Assembly: GCF_001194135.2 (NCBI RefSeq)
Contig: NC_068996.1
Coordinates: 39,306,114-39,370,113 of the forward strand
Direction of reading: 5' to 3'
Length of the DNA: 64,000 nt
Origin: Octopus bimaculoides
Taxonomy: Eukaryota
Shown here: piece after piece, positions 52,617 through 63,774 of the stretch
How the letters are laid out: each line of letters starts with the position of its first letter
How positions within the stretch are numbered: position 1 is the stretch's first letter
Translations under genes and position numbers: made by a program
Notes under the pieces: model-generated
Seen by the model: the letters and a program-made list of their open reading frames with translations, nothing else
What the model was told of the DNA's origin: nothing
The model's database searches: none

Positions 52617-52618
<2 letters not shown>
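52424..52618. mobile_element. Head-to-head pair of short hammerhead-associated retroelements (Penelope pLTR / retrozyme-like) embedded in (TA)n
   Basis: Perfect 40-bp inverted repeat 52424-52463 / 52507-52546. The right copy continues about 70 nt to (TA)n. Homologous to 58566-58712. Confidence 0.65.
52447..52505 (-). ncRNA. Type I hammerhead ribozyme-like motif (U4C core variant) in a short repeat
   Basis: Minus strand: stem I 5' UAACAAAACUGU - C CGAUGA - stem II ACG(GGAA)CAU - GAA - stem III ACU(CAG)AGU - A17 - stem I 3' ACGGUUUU(UUU)GUUA. Predicted GUA cleavage between 52463 and 52462. Confidence 0.7.
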
Positions 52619-52652
<34 letters not shown>

Positions 52653-53018
52653 ACGCACATATGTATTTTGATCTTTAATACACAGCTGATTTTTAACATG
52701 TTACTCAGTGAGTCTTATAGATTTTAAATAAATTTGGAGCTGATATAATTCTTTCAAGAACCGCAGAGCTCTATAGATCTGGCGGTTTCTGTAAAGTTAA
52801 AAGAAAAAAAAATTGTCTGGCGCTAGGTAGGATAGTTTTGTCACTGATAACTTTTCCTTTGATGCTTATTCCTCAAAGCTAAGTGGAACTAAAGTATTTA
52901 GAATTGCTTTCTACCATGATAAAATATCTGAAGGAGATTTGAACTTGTAATCCAATACATATTCACCTGGCCATTTTGCTTCTTTTATAGTCTTATTATG
53001 GCTGTTATTGATCTAGAA

Positions 53019-53339
53019 CATGGCTGACCAACTTGAGGCCCACAGCCCACAGACTTTTATCTTTCTGTCCAGTTAATACTTTCTTGAAATGGGTTTATTT
53101 AAACAAACGTTTTAAAAGATTTTATCAAAAATTAGAGATTGAAATGAAAAATAAAAAAGAAAGATTCAACTGTTTTTGCAACGATAATATTTTGTGTTAA
53201 ATCAATGATCATTCATTCATTATTGTAATGATAGCATGAGAAAGCAAAATGCTTTCAAATCTGTCAATATACAAGCAGCCCTCAAAAATCTTTCTGTGAT
53301 TAAAGTGGTCCATAATGTAATTTGAGTTGGCCAGGCCTG
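53019..53339. mobile_element. hAT (Buster-type) MITE, family H1
   Basis: TIRs CATGGCTGACCAAC / GTTGGCCAGGCCTG; perfect 8-bp TSD ATCTAGAA (53011-53018, 53340-53347); internal homology to 10232-10534. Confidence 0.9.
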
Positions 53340-54383
53340 ATCTAGAATACACTTGAATGGTTCTGTGAATTTAAGAATTTGCCTATGATTTGTTGCTCAG
53401 TTACTGTCTAACCATAGCAGCTCAGTTGTGTGTTGGAGATTAAAGCTTGATCCACAGTGAAATGATGGTAGTAAGGATGTAAATTCATATCAGCAGTGTA
53501 GCTCTTTGTGTAGCCTACATGTTAAACAAAAAGAATGCTGAAACACACATAACCAGCAGTAGCTATCTGGTATTGCTTGGGTTAATGAAAATTTTTTACT
53601 TTGCCATAATCAACTGCATACAGCAGACATGGTTGTGTGGTTAAAAGTCTTGTTTCCCAACTGTGTTGTCTCCTGTTCAATCCCACTGTGTGACACTTGA
53701 GCAAATGTCTCCTACTATAGTCCCAGACTGACCAAAGCCTTTTTTTTGTCCTCCATCTACTACTTCTTTTATTACTATTCTGTTGTTCTTTTATTACTAT
53801 TCTCTTTTTGTTGTGCCAATCATTACCTACTCTCTCTTACCTTCCCTCCAGTTTGTAGTTACCATCAGTTATCCTTCTACCCTTATGAACTATTTTCTAA
53901 GTCTTCTTCTATCCCTACGTATCTCTAGTCATCCCTCACTCTCCCCCACTCTTAATGCATCTAACTACCACTTACTCTTCTTGTACACACCTGCGACCAC
54001 TATCCACTATTCCTACCAGTTTCTGTTCACCCTCTTGTACTTTGGGATCTCATCCTAATACCTTGCCATTGTCTCTCCTCTCTGTCTACTAGAGTCCTAC
54101 TCAGTTGAAGGGTGTCTTATCCTTATGAGATACATGTTGACTTCACCAATGCTGGTACCATGAAAAATGTACTTGGTACATGCTGTAAAGGTTTTTGATG
54201 TTAGGAAGGGCATCCAATTGCAGAAGCCATGCAAAAGCACTTGTTGGAATATGATTCAGTCCTCTGATTCATTGAATCTTATACCAGCACGGAAAACATA
54301 CTTTAAATGATGATGATTGTGTGTGTGTGTGTGTGTGTATGCAAACCATAAAATGTCAATGTATGAGAGGTGAATATATTTAA

Positions 54384-54636
54384 TCACTTGTAATCCTTAG
54401 GGTTACAGCTGTTTTGCAGCCTTCATCATGTGGTAATAGTTTCCTTGTATAATAAATTATTTTTATATGTCTGCACTAACGTGCCTGTTATGCAGTGCAA
54501 TTGTATGTTTACCAATTGGTGCAGATAGAGAAAGCTAGCTCATCAGATCACTAAAGTATCATGGTTATACCAATTCTTCCACCCTGAAATTCTTATTATA
54601 TAATGAAGGCTGCAAAATGGTTGTAACCCTAAGTGG
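54384..54636. mobile_element. TTAA-flanked MITE with long TIRs
   Basis: 31-bp arms 54396-54426 and 54603-54633 (28/31 identical); TTAA at both outer ends. Confidence 0.7.
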
Positions 54637-54853
54637 TTAAGTAATAAGAGGTGACTCTTATTACTTTCTGACTTCTGATGGTTTATATACTCACTTTGAA
54701 ATAATTTCATTGATCAGATCTGCATTTTAGCTACATAGAACTCAGCATTATAGCTTTCTAAATTGGATTACTAAATGGTCTGCTCGCCATATCTGTTAGA
54801 GGAGCTTTCTGTGATAACCACATGATTCTACGATTTCATATATTACACTTCAA

Positions 54854-54900
<47 letters not shown>

Positions 54901-55466
54901 CATGGCTGTGTGGATAGGAAGTCTACTTCAGAATCTTATAGTTAAGGGTTTAGTTCTACTGCTTTATCACTTTCAGCTTGTGCCCTCTACTATATCACAA
55001 TTCCTTGTGAGTGAGATTGGTCAACAGAAACTGAAGAACTCCCATCACATATGTATATATATATTTATAGATGTGTGAGTGAGTTTGTATTTCCTCTTGT
55101 CTTTGTGAGTGTTTGATATTTGTCAACAAAGCCTCATTTTCTTCACGCAAGCAATGTCATTTGCTTGTAGTCCTCTATAAAAGTATATCTGGGCTTCAGG
55201 ACACGTCTTGACATGTTGCACAATCTTTGTAAACAAACAGCTCATTCGTGTTGTGTGATTTATTTCCAGTTACCCTTGTAATCCTGCCCCAGCTGTTCAT
55301 GGTTCAAGTTGGGGAGATTGTCACATTAGCTTAGAAACAAGTGGAAGTTGGTGTCAGGGAGAATATTCAGTTGCAGAAAGTTCACCCTAATATAGTCTTG
55401 TGTGGCCCATGCAACCATGGAAAAGTAAACATTAAAATAATGGTGATAATTATATACTATACTAAT

Positions 55467-55865
55467 ACAGGTGTGACTGCGTGGTTAAGAAGCTTGCTTC
55501 CCAACCACATGGTTCTAGGTTCAGCCCCCCTGCGTGGCACCTTGGGCAAGTATTTTCTGTTATAGCCTTGGGCCAACAAGGCCTTGCGATTGGATTTGGT
55601 AGATGGAAACTGAAAGAAGCTCGTTGTATATGTATGTATCTTTGTGTGTGTGTCTGTATTTGTCCCCCCCCCCCATCACTGCTTGACGACCAATGTTGGT
55701 GTGTTTATGTCCCTGCAACTTAGCAGTTCAGCAAAACAAACTGATAGAATAAGTACTAGACTTACAAAGAATAAGTCCTGGGGGTCAATATGTTCAACTA
55801 AAACTCTGTAAGGCGGTGCTTCAGCATAGCAGCAGTTAAATGAAACAAGTAAAAAAAATGAAAAA
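55467..55865 (+). mobile_element. SINE family A
   Basis: Full-length similarity to 45598-46004. Confidence 0.88.
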
Positions 55866-56895
55866 GAATTAAAATAATGATTACATACTATACATATATA
55901 TATATCATATACTTTTACAGAGTGTACTAGTTGTGCATGTGTTTTTTGTTGCACCAGCATTAGTGAGGTTACCGTGTAATTTGCAAGATTAAAGATCCTT
56001 TGCTTGAGACGGAGAATAGGAAATGAAAAGATCACTTTATGCAAGGTGTTTGGAAGGTCCTGTATAATGAGAGGAGTAGGAAAAGTTTGTTGTGAAGGAC
56101 ATTTATAGCTGACTATTTTGCATTTTAAATACATGGAGGGAATAGCTGAAATAGTGTCACAGGGAGAATTAAATCCAGTGACAAGGCTGATGTGTGCAAA
56201 ATAAATAGGAGAAAATGTGAAGACTGGCAAATTGGTGGGGGTGGGAAAGTGTGAGAGTGAGGGATGGATATAAACATGGTGTGAGGTGATGGTCAGATGT
56301 ATTGAGGAAATGAATGTGGTGAGTGGTGAAGGAAGAGTAGGTGAGGGTGATTGATGGCAAACATGAATTGAGGGATGGTAAGAATGATGGACGGGTAGAT
56401 GTTAATTGGGAGTAGCTCAGAGAAGGGGAAGAGAGAGAGAGAGAGAGAGAGAGCATGGATATGGGCAGTACAGAAATGCTGATGTGAAATGGTTTGTAAT
56501 AAATTCTAATAGAAGATGAATGGTGAGGTTCAAGGCTGTAAGAGTGTAGTGGGGGACTCCGAGTTATGGATAAAACTGAGATGGGATAGACAATAGTAAA
56601 AAGTGAGGGTAAGTATAGATAGATGGGTGGCAAAGAGCCTGATTGGGATCCAGTTGTCTAGATGAGAGGGGAAAATAGATTTGACAAGGATGCTGGGGGA
56701 GGGAAGAAGGGGCAGTTATGTTTATATTGTGCATCCGTGTGTTCATAATCTTAATTGTGTACAATAATCCCTCAACTATTATGGGTGCTATGTTCCAAAA
56801 CCTCCCACACAAATAATTAAAATCTAAAAAAATATAAATACCTATTAGCCACAGAAACCCCATGATATAAATTTACATACATTTGCCAGAAAAAT

Positions 56896-57202
56896 CTGCA
56901 ATGTACTGAGTGCGCTATAGGTGAACTGCAATGTACTGAGTGTGTGATAGGTGAACTGCAATGTACTGAGTGTGTGATAGGTGAACTGCAATGTACTGAG
57001 TGTGTGATAGGTGAACTGCAACGTACTGAGTGTGTGATAGGTGAACTGCAATGTACTGAGTGTGTGATAGGTGAACTGCAATGTACTGAGTGTGTGATAG
57101 GTGAACTGCAATGTACTGAGTGTGTGATAGGTGAACTGCAATGTACTGAGTGTGTGAGAGGTGAACTGCAATGTACTGAGTGTGTGATAGGTGAACTGCA
57201 AT
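56896..57202. repeat. 30-bp minisatellite, about 10.2 copies
   Basis: Unit CTGCAATGTACTGAGTGTGTGATAGGTGAA, nearly identical units. Confidence 0.98.
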
Positions 57203-57239
57203 ATGGGGAGGGATTACTATACATACTCCTTGTTCTTTC

Positions 57240-58420
57240 TGAACTTCAGTCATGCTGTGCTACCATTGCTGAGCAGGTTTTCTCAAGCAGTGCATTTTGT
57301 ATCAGTCCTTTGTCATCTCTACTGCCAGTCATCTTGGTCCTGTCATCTCCATGCTGCTCAAAATCATGAAGTCAGCCTTCACCACTTCATCCCACCTCAT
57401 CCAGAGTCCTTTCCGTAGGTTCTGTGTACTGGAAGTGATAGACACATCTTTATGCGACTGTCCTCATCCATATGCATCACATGACCAAACAAGTACATTT
57501 CATTTGATTCTTCTTCTGAACAGTTTTTCTCTTAACACATTTGCTCATTTGTATTTCATCATTCATGAACATTGACATTACATGTCAAAGTGAGCACACT
57601 TGCTTCATTTCTTTCTATCAGGTTCTCTGTGTTCAGGGCCTTCATCTCACTACTATATAGAATTACCATTTGCGTACAAGCACCATACAATCTACCTTTC
57701 ACTCTGAGAGTTAAAAACCTTTTATTGCCAACAAAAATAATAGCACCCTGAACTTTCTCCAATCTGTTCTTACTCTGGTTACTATTACTATTTAATTGTC
57801 CTTCATCACAGTTAATTAGCTCAGCTAGGTTATAGAGACTATCTACTATCCTTGTGGGTAACTGAGAGCATCTATATCTCATCTTAGTGTTAAACTTCCT
57901 GTGTTTCCACTGTACAAAAGGTGCGGTGGAATCTGCATTTGGTATGTGTATTGAGCAAGACCATTTCCCTGATAGAAGCAGGGATCTGTCCGTTTTCCTT
58001 CCATGAATGAACGTTCTTTTCTATAGGTCAGCTGTAAGAATGGGGTCATCAGCATATAATGGTTCCCATGGATGACAATGATAATTAGAAGAGGACCAAG
58101 TACTGGTCTCCAGTAGACCTCTTACTTGCACACTAAATTTGTTACTGTATTCATTGTTAACTTTCACATGCTGACAGCACCCTGTGCAAGGTTTGTATGA
58201 AACTCACAAGCCACTTGTCCACTTCCAGCTTCCTCAGGGACCACCAGAGTGTAGAGTAAAGGACTCTATTGAAGACTTTCACCAGATCATTGAATGTTAC
58301 ATGCTGCAACTTATCTAGCTAAATACTTTTCATGTAGTGTCTTATCAAGAAGATGGCATCAGTAGTATTTCTTTCCGGCACAAAATCAAACTGGATCTCA
58401 TCTAAGTTAACAATCAACTG
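57240..58420 (-). mobile_element. RTE-clade LINE RT fragment (decayed)
   Basis: PLYADDP near 58050; FLTLRVKGRLYGACTQMVILYSSE (ORF 57559-57882). Confidence 0.85.
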
Positions 58421-58482
58421 ATAACTCTCTCTCTCTGTGACTTCCATAACCTGGTCCAATAATTTGATAAATATAAATATGG

Positions 58483-58552
<70 letters not shown>

Positions 58553-58565
58553 CTATACACACACA

Positions 58566-58712
58566 CAGAGGTGAGCACGTAAGGGCAAAACAAAGTGGGA
58601 AAAATAGTACTCAAATATCAAAAAGGTAGAGTAATATGCTTTTATTAAAGCTGTAAAATTTTCACAAGATTGTTGCTCAGTTTCATGTTCCCATTCATTG
58701 GACAGTTGTGAT
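58566..58712 (-). mobile_element. Decayed copy of the hammerhead-bearing short element
   Basis: Shares AAAGCATATTACTCTACC...ATTTGAGTACT...CCAC with 52508-52618 and ends at (TG)n. Core reads CCAAUGA-AUG(GGAA)CAU-GAAA with a damaged stem III. Confidence 0.65.
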
Positions 58713-58922
58713 ATTTGGTTATATGAATTCCTTAAGAATCAAGGCACATCAACATGTAAGATGCTAGAAAATGGCTAGGTATGAACAGAGAGAGCACATA
58801 GTGAAATAAAGCAACATTGTAGACTTCAAGTACTGGCGGGATACTGTTGATATGCAAGTACCAAATCCAATTTGTAACCACTGATCCGACTCACCAGCAG
58901 AGCATCGGTGCAGCATAAGCAT

Positions 58923-59254
58923 AAAATAGTGAATACAAATGCTGGCATTTATAATTTACGACTTGTTTCAGTAGAATTTTATGTAATATAGTTGCAAAAA
59001 ATTACATCATAATGGACATTCCACCATCATCAGATAAAATTGTAAACAGTCAACTTGGATATAGCTACAATTTGTTGGCCTAGTCCAGTCCGACAAATGA
59101 TGGCTACATCCAGGTCAACTGTGTAAAACTTTACCTAATTTTACCTGATGATGGTGGGGTGTATATTATGATGTAATCTTTTAAGAATATATTAAATAAA
59201 ATTCTACCAGAACAGCTGTTGTAAATTTTAAACATCATTCGTGTTAACTATTTT
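58923..59254. repeat. Long imperfect palindrome (foldback element), right arm truncated by a gap
   Basis: Arms pair from AAAATAGT (58923) to ACTATTTT (59254) around a loop of about 8 nt near 59081-59088. Confidence 0.9.
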
Positions 59255-60835
59255 NNNNNNNNNNNNNNNNNNNNNNNNNNNNNNNNNNNNNNNNNNNNNN
59301 NNNNNNNNNNNNNNNNNNNNNNNNNNNNNNNNNNNNNNNNNNNNNNNNNNNNNNNNNNNNNNNNNNNNNNNNNNNNNNNNNNNNNNNNNNNNNNNNNNNN
59401 NNNNNNNNNNNNNNNNNNNNNNNNNNNNNNNNNNNNNNNNNNNNNNNNNNNNNNNNNNNNNNNNNNNNNNNNNNNNNNNNNNNNNNNNNNNNNNNNNNNN
59501 NNNNNNNNNNNNNNNNNNNNNNNNNNNNNNNNNNNNNNNNNNNNNNNNNNNNNNNNNNNNNNNNNNNNNNNNNNNNNNNNNNNNNNNNNNNNNNNNNNNN
59601 NNNNNNNNNNNNNNNNNNNNNNNNNNNNNNNNNNNNNNNNNNNNNNNNNNNNNNNNNNNNNNNNNNNNNNNNNNNNNNNNNNNNNNNNNNNNNNNNNNNN
59701 NNNNNNNNNNNNNNNNNNNNNNNNNNNNNNNNNNNNNNNNNNNNNNNNNNNNNNNNNNNNNNNNNNNNNNNNNNNNNNNNNNNNNNNNNNNNNNNNNNNN
59801 NNNNNNNNNNNNNNNNNNNNNNNNNNNNNNNNNNNNNNNNNNNNNNNNNNNNNNNNNNNNNNNNNNNNNNNNNNNNNNNNNNNNNNNNNNNNNNNNNNNN
59901 NNNNNNNNNNNTATATATATATATATATATATGAATGATATGTCCTCTTCTTCAGCATAATTGTTTTAACACCTGCTTCTCTGAGCTTCGGTTACATACA
60001 ATTTGTTGATGTAAATTTTTTTAAAAGCTGGTTGTCCTTCCTGTCACTAACCCTCTCCTGTTTCCAAACCAGACCATAATTCTCCGCAGAAGATTGGAAA
60101 CAAATATTGCCACTTCTGGCAGTATTTGTTTACATGTATCCTGAACATTGAAACAAGGAGACACAAACACAATGGGCTTCTTTCAGTTTCTAATTTCTCA
60201 TATCTACCCACAATTCTTTACTCAGCCCAAGGCTGTAGTAGAAGCCACTTACCCAAGGTACTACACATCAGACTAAACCCAAAACCATGCGGTTATGGAC
60301 ATAACCATATCTATAATGTATATTTATATATATTTTCATATACATACATCATCATCATCATCACCATTATTTAATGTCTGCTTTCCATACTGGCATGGAT
60401 TAGATGATTTGACTGGAAATGGTAAGCCGGAGAACTGCACCAGGTTCCAGCCTGAATTTGGCATGGTTTCTACGGCTGGATGCCCTTCCTAATGCCAACC
60501 ACTCTTGAGAGTGTAGTGGGTGTCTCTGACATGTGTGTGTGTATATATATCATTGTTTTAATGTCTAATATGCATTGGTCAGATGATAACTGTGAAGTAA
60601 ATTTTCCTGGAAGCAGATGCTCTTCCTGTCACTAACCTTTTATCCGTTTCTGAAGAAATTGATAATACTTTTAGTCTATTGAGCAAGAAACAACCTGGCT
60701 TTGCTTTTGCTGAGAATTACTAAGAAATGGGACTGTTTTGTTTATAATGAGCATATATCAAAACAAGATATTTATACTCAGTCATGGTCGTGCTCACACA
60801 TATACATGCACACACAATGGGCTTTTTTCAGTTTG

Positions 60836-60913
60836 TATCTATCAAATTTCACTCACAGGTTTATCTATCAAATTTCACTCACAGGTTTATCTATCAAATT
60901 TCACTCACAGGTT
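60836..60913. repeat. 26-bp tandem triplication inside a SINE A copy
   Basis: TATCTATCAAATTTCACTCACAGGTT x3. Confidence 0.97.
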
Positions 60914-61029
60914 ATTGGTCAACTTTCAGCTATAGTTGAAGACATCAAACAACAGTGTCAATGTAGTGCAAATGAACCATCAGCCAATGGTTCTGAAGCC
61001 TGTATGAGATGCAGTTTGGCTTTGTGCTG

Positions 61030-62230
61030 AGAAGTACTTCTGATGCCATGTTCTTTGTGAGACAACTGTAAGAGAAGTTCTTAGCTAGGAGACAGCCCCC
61101 AGTATTCATTGATCTTGAGAATGCCTTTGAATGAGTCCTTGCTGTGTCATCTCAGAGTTACAAAGGATGCTAAAATAGCCGAATGGCTTTTGGGAGTTGT
61201 GCAGATACTTTATAGAAAAGCACTTATTACTAATGAGTTGAGTAATGGTTTTAGCTTGTAGTACCGGAAGAACGTAAGTTCACAGTCCTTTCCTGTCTGT
61301 TATAGTTTTTCCAAAGCAGATTAGAACAACTTAAAACTAGCTGTTTATGGGAACATCTGTATGCTGATGACCTAGGTCTTATAGCAGAATCTGTGAGTGG
61401 TAATTTTAGAGGTGAAAGCAAAAACCTAGAATTGGTGGGCCTTAACTCTTTTGAAACCAACCCATGATCCAAACTTTCTATATAAAGTGATCTAAATTAA
61501 AGTTTACCATTAAGATTCCTCATTAATTTATGTTCCAATTACCAGCTTAGTAATGACCAAGATATTTTATCAAATTCTTTATTATTTTTGAAATTAATTG
61601 AAGCAAGTGCAGTGTTGTTCAACAGAAATATGGTAAGAAAAGGGTTAAGGTGAAATAAGCAAAAGCAAAAGTTTTAGCAAGTAGGAAGTAAAATAGTCTG
61701 GAAAATGTTTGTACTTGGAAATGTTTGTACTCAATATGCATTAAAGGAGTAGGTAGCAATATGATATGGTGTGCTTAGCAAAGAATGGGTGTATAAGATG
61801 TGGGAATCATCTGCAAGTTAACAGAGAAGGTAGATTCCATATGCAGAGCAGGTGCACTGGAACTGTAATCATTGGGTATTTGAGAGAATCTATTTCCTGA
61901 ATGCTCTCAAATGGCTCTCTAAAAGTAGTTGATATTTCGTTACACAAGTGGCCTAATTAGCTGTGGAAGCAGATGTCTAGAAGAAGTGTAGTAGCAGAGT
62001 AAGAATGGGTTGGAAAAAAATGTTTAAGAGAGCTGGCAATAAAGAGCTTTCCCCTTAGTGTGATGGGCAGATGGTATTGATTCCTTTGCGTGGGGTACAA
62101 CGATGCATGGTAGTGAGATGGGTACCCTGAATTCAGTGGACTGGTAAAACCTGACAAAAAATGAAGCAAGCATGCTTTGCTGATAGTGTAACATCAGTGT
62201 GCTGAATATTAGAGGAATCTAGTGTGGTAT
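61030..62230 (+). mobile_element. RTE-clade LINE RT fragment, interrupted by a TTAA MITE
   Basis: LYADDLGL at about 61358-61380; downstream sequence matches the other RTE copies in reverse orientation. Confidence 0.8.
61446..61644. mobile_element. TTAA-flanked MITE, family P2
   Basis: TTAA|CTCTTTTGAAACCA ... TGGTAAGAAAAGGG|TTAA, nested in an RTE; related copy at 41186-41400. Confidence 0.7.
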
Positions 62231-62276
62231 GCAAGAGAAATGGTTGTGCTGATAGCAGTATGTGGTTAGTATACAC

Positions 62277-62528
62277 CAGTGGTCCTCAATAGGGGTTCAT
62301 ATGGCCCTTTAGGGTCCCTTTAAGATTTAATTGTTAAAAATTATGTGCAATGAATCAGTTATACTTCTACTGTATACAAAATATTTTAACATTTTTCTTT
62401 TTTGCAATCCCTTATATTTAATTCTAAAAATGTAATGGAATTTTTTTAAAACTTCAAATGTCTAGGGAGGGGGGGGTCAGTAGTGTAAAATAGGAATCAA
62501 AGGGGTAGAAAATGGTTGAGGAATACTG
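62277..62528. mobile_element. hAT MITE
   Basis: CAGTGGTCCTCAA / TTGAGGAATACTG ends; decayed TSD GTATACAC / GCATAGAG. Confidence 0.7.
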
Positions 62529-63774
62529 GCATAGAGAATAGCAACTGTATGAGGAAGTGTTGAGTGTTCAAAATGAATTGAACATGTGGAAGAGGGAAAA
62601 CGAGAAATACTTGAGACAAAATGGTGAAGACTGATCTCAAAGTGCTGCATTTGTGTGGAAAAACACTGGTGATAGCCAGTGCTTGGCAAAATCTATATTA
62701 AACTGAGAGCAAGGAATGATGGAGGCTCGGAAATTCTTAGCCTTTCACACATTATGTATCTAAGTCACCATTTGCTGCCCCTACTGCTTACTCGATATCC
62801 TCAAATATCTCACCCCTTTTTATTCAAAGTACCATACCGTCTGTGACTTAATTTCTCCTGCCTCTACCACCATCTGTAGCTTGCTGCCCCTCTCTCCTTC
62901 CAAACTGCACTGCTTTTAGTAACGAGGGATTCCAGCAGATCTCTTAATACCTGGTACACTTCAATCTCTTTCCTCATATACTGCTTGTCAATGCTTCCTT
63001 CCCACCCCTCATGTTAACTCCTTCACTGACATCTATAATTCTTACCAGCTAACATAATAACCCTTTTTATGCTGTTAACCTCCACCCCTTTTCCCCTCTG
63101 CTATTCTTTATTGGCATCTCCATCTTCGTTGGTGTCTCCTGCATTGCAATACCTAATACAAGTTGCAATAGATCTGATGGAACCCCAATACTCTTTACCG
63201 CCACCCCCCACCTCTCTCTCCCATTCCCACTCACCTATAAACATGTGCTACCTGCCACTACTCCCCCTTCTCTCACATCTTTATTGATATACTTTACTCT
63301 GCTAACTTTACCCTTCTATATTACTAGCCACCACTTCCTTTTTCCCCAGGTGTCACTCATTATTGATATATCTACCACACACTCTTTCTACTAACTGTTT
63401 CTATAACTTTTTCATCATTTGTTCTACCCACTGAGTTTTACTATCTTTCATTACACCCTGCAGTTATGGCCTCTCTTACTGTCTGTCTCTTTTCCTTACA
63501 GTGTCTCCCATTTATCATTCCCTCCATACTGTCGCTTGATTGCTCTGTCCCCTGCCCCACTCCCTCATAATTTTGCTTCTCACTCTTTCTCTGCGCCTAC
63601 TTTTGTTAATTTTCTGCACTCCTTTTCTACCTTATCTGCCTGCCTTGAATGGATACAGCATACAGTTGTGAGGATCCCTTATTCTTTTTCGAAGTACAAG
63701 GAAATTTCACTAGTGATGATGCCACTATAAAATCCACCCAATATATTCTGTCAAGTGACTGGCACAACAAAGGG

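Larger units (their letters stand above)
1926..59911. other. Assembly gaps
   Basis: N runs at 1926-2038, 8518-8527, 11154-11247, 13379-13452, 22083-22597, 28076-28172, 44246-44962, 51837-52413 and 59255-59911, mostly abutting microsatellites. Confidence 0.99.

Noticed and set aside
56817-57369. Repeat-peptide ORFs across the 30-bp array as genes
   Set aside because: Openness follows from a stop-free unit length divisible by 3; no gene context.
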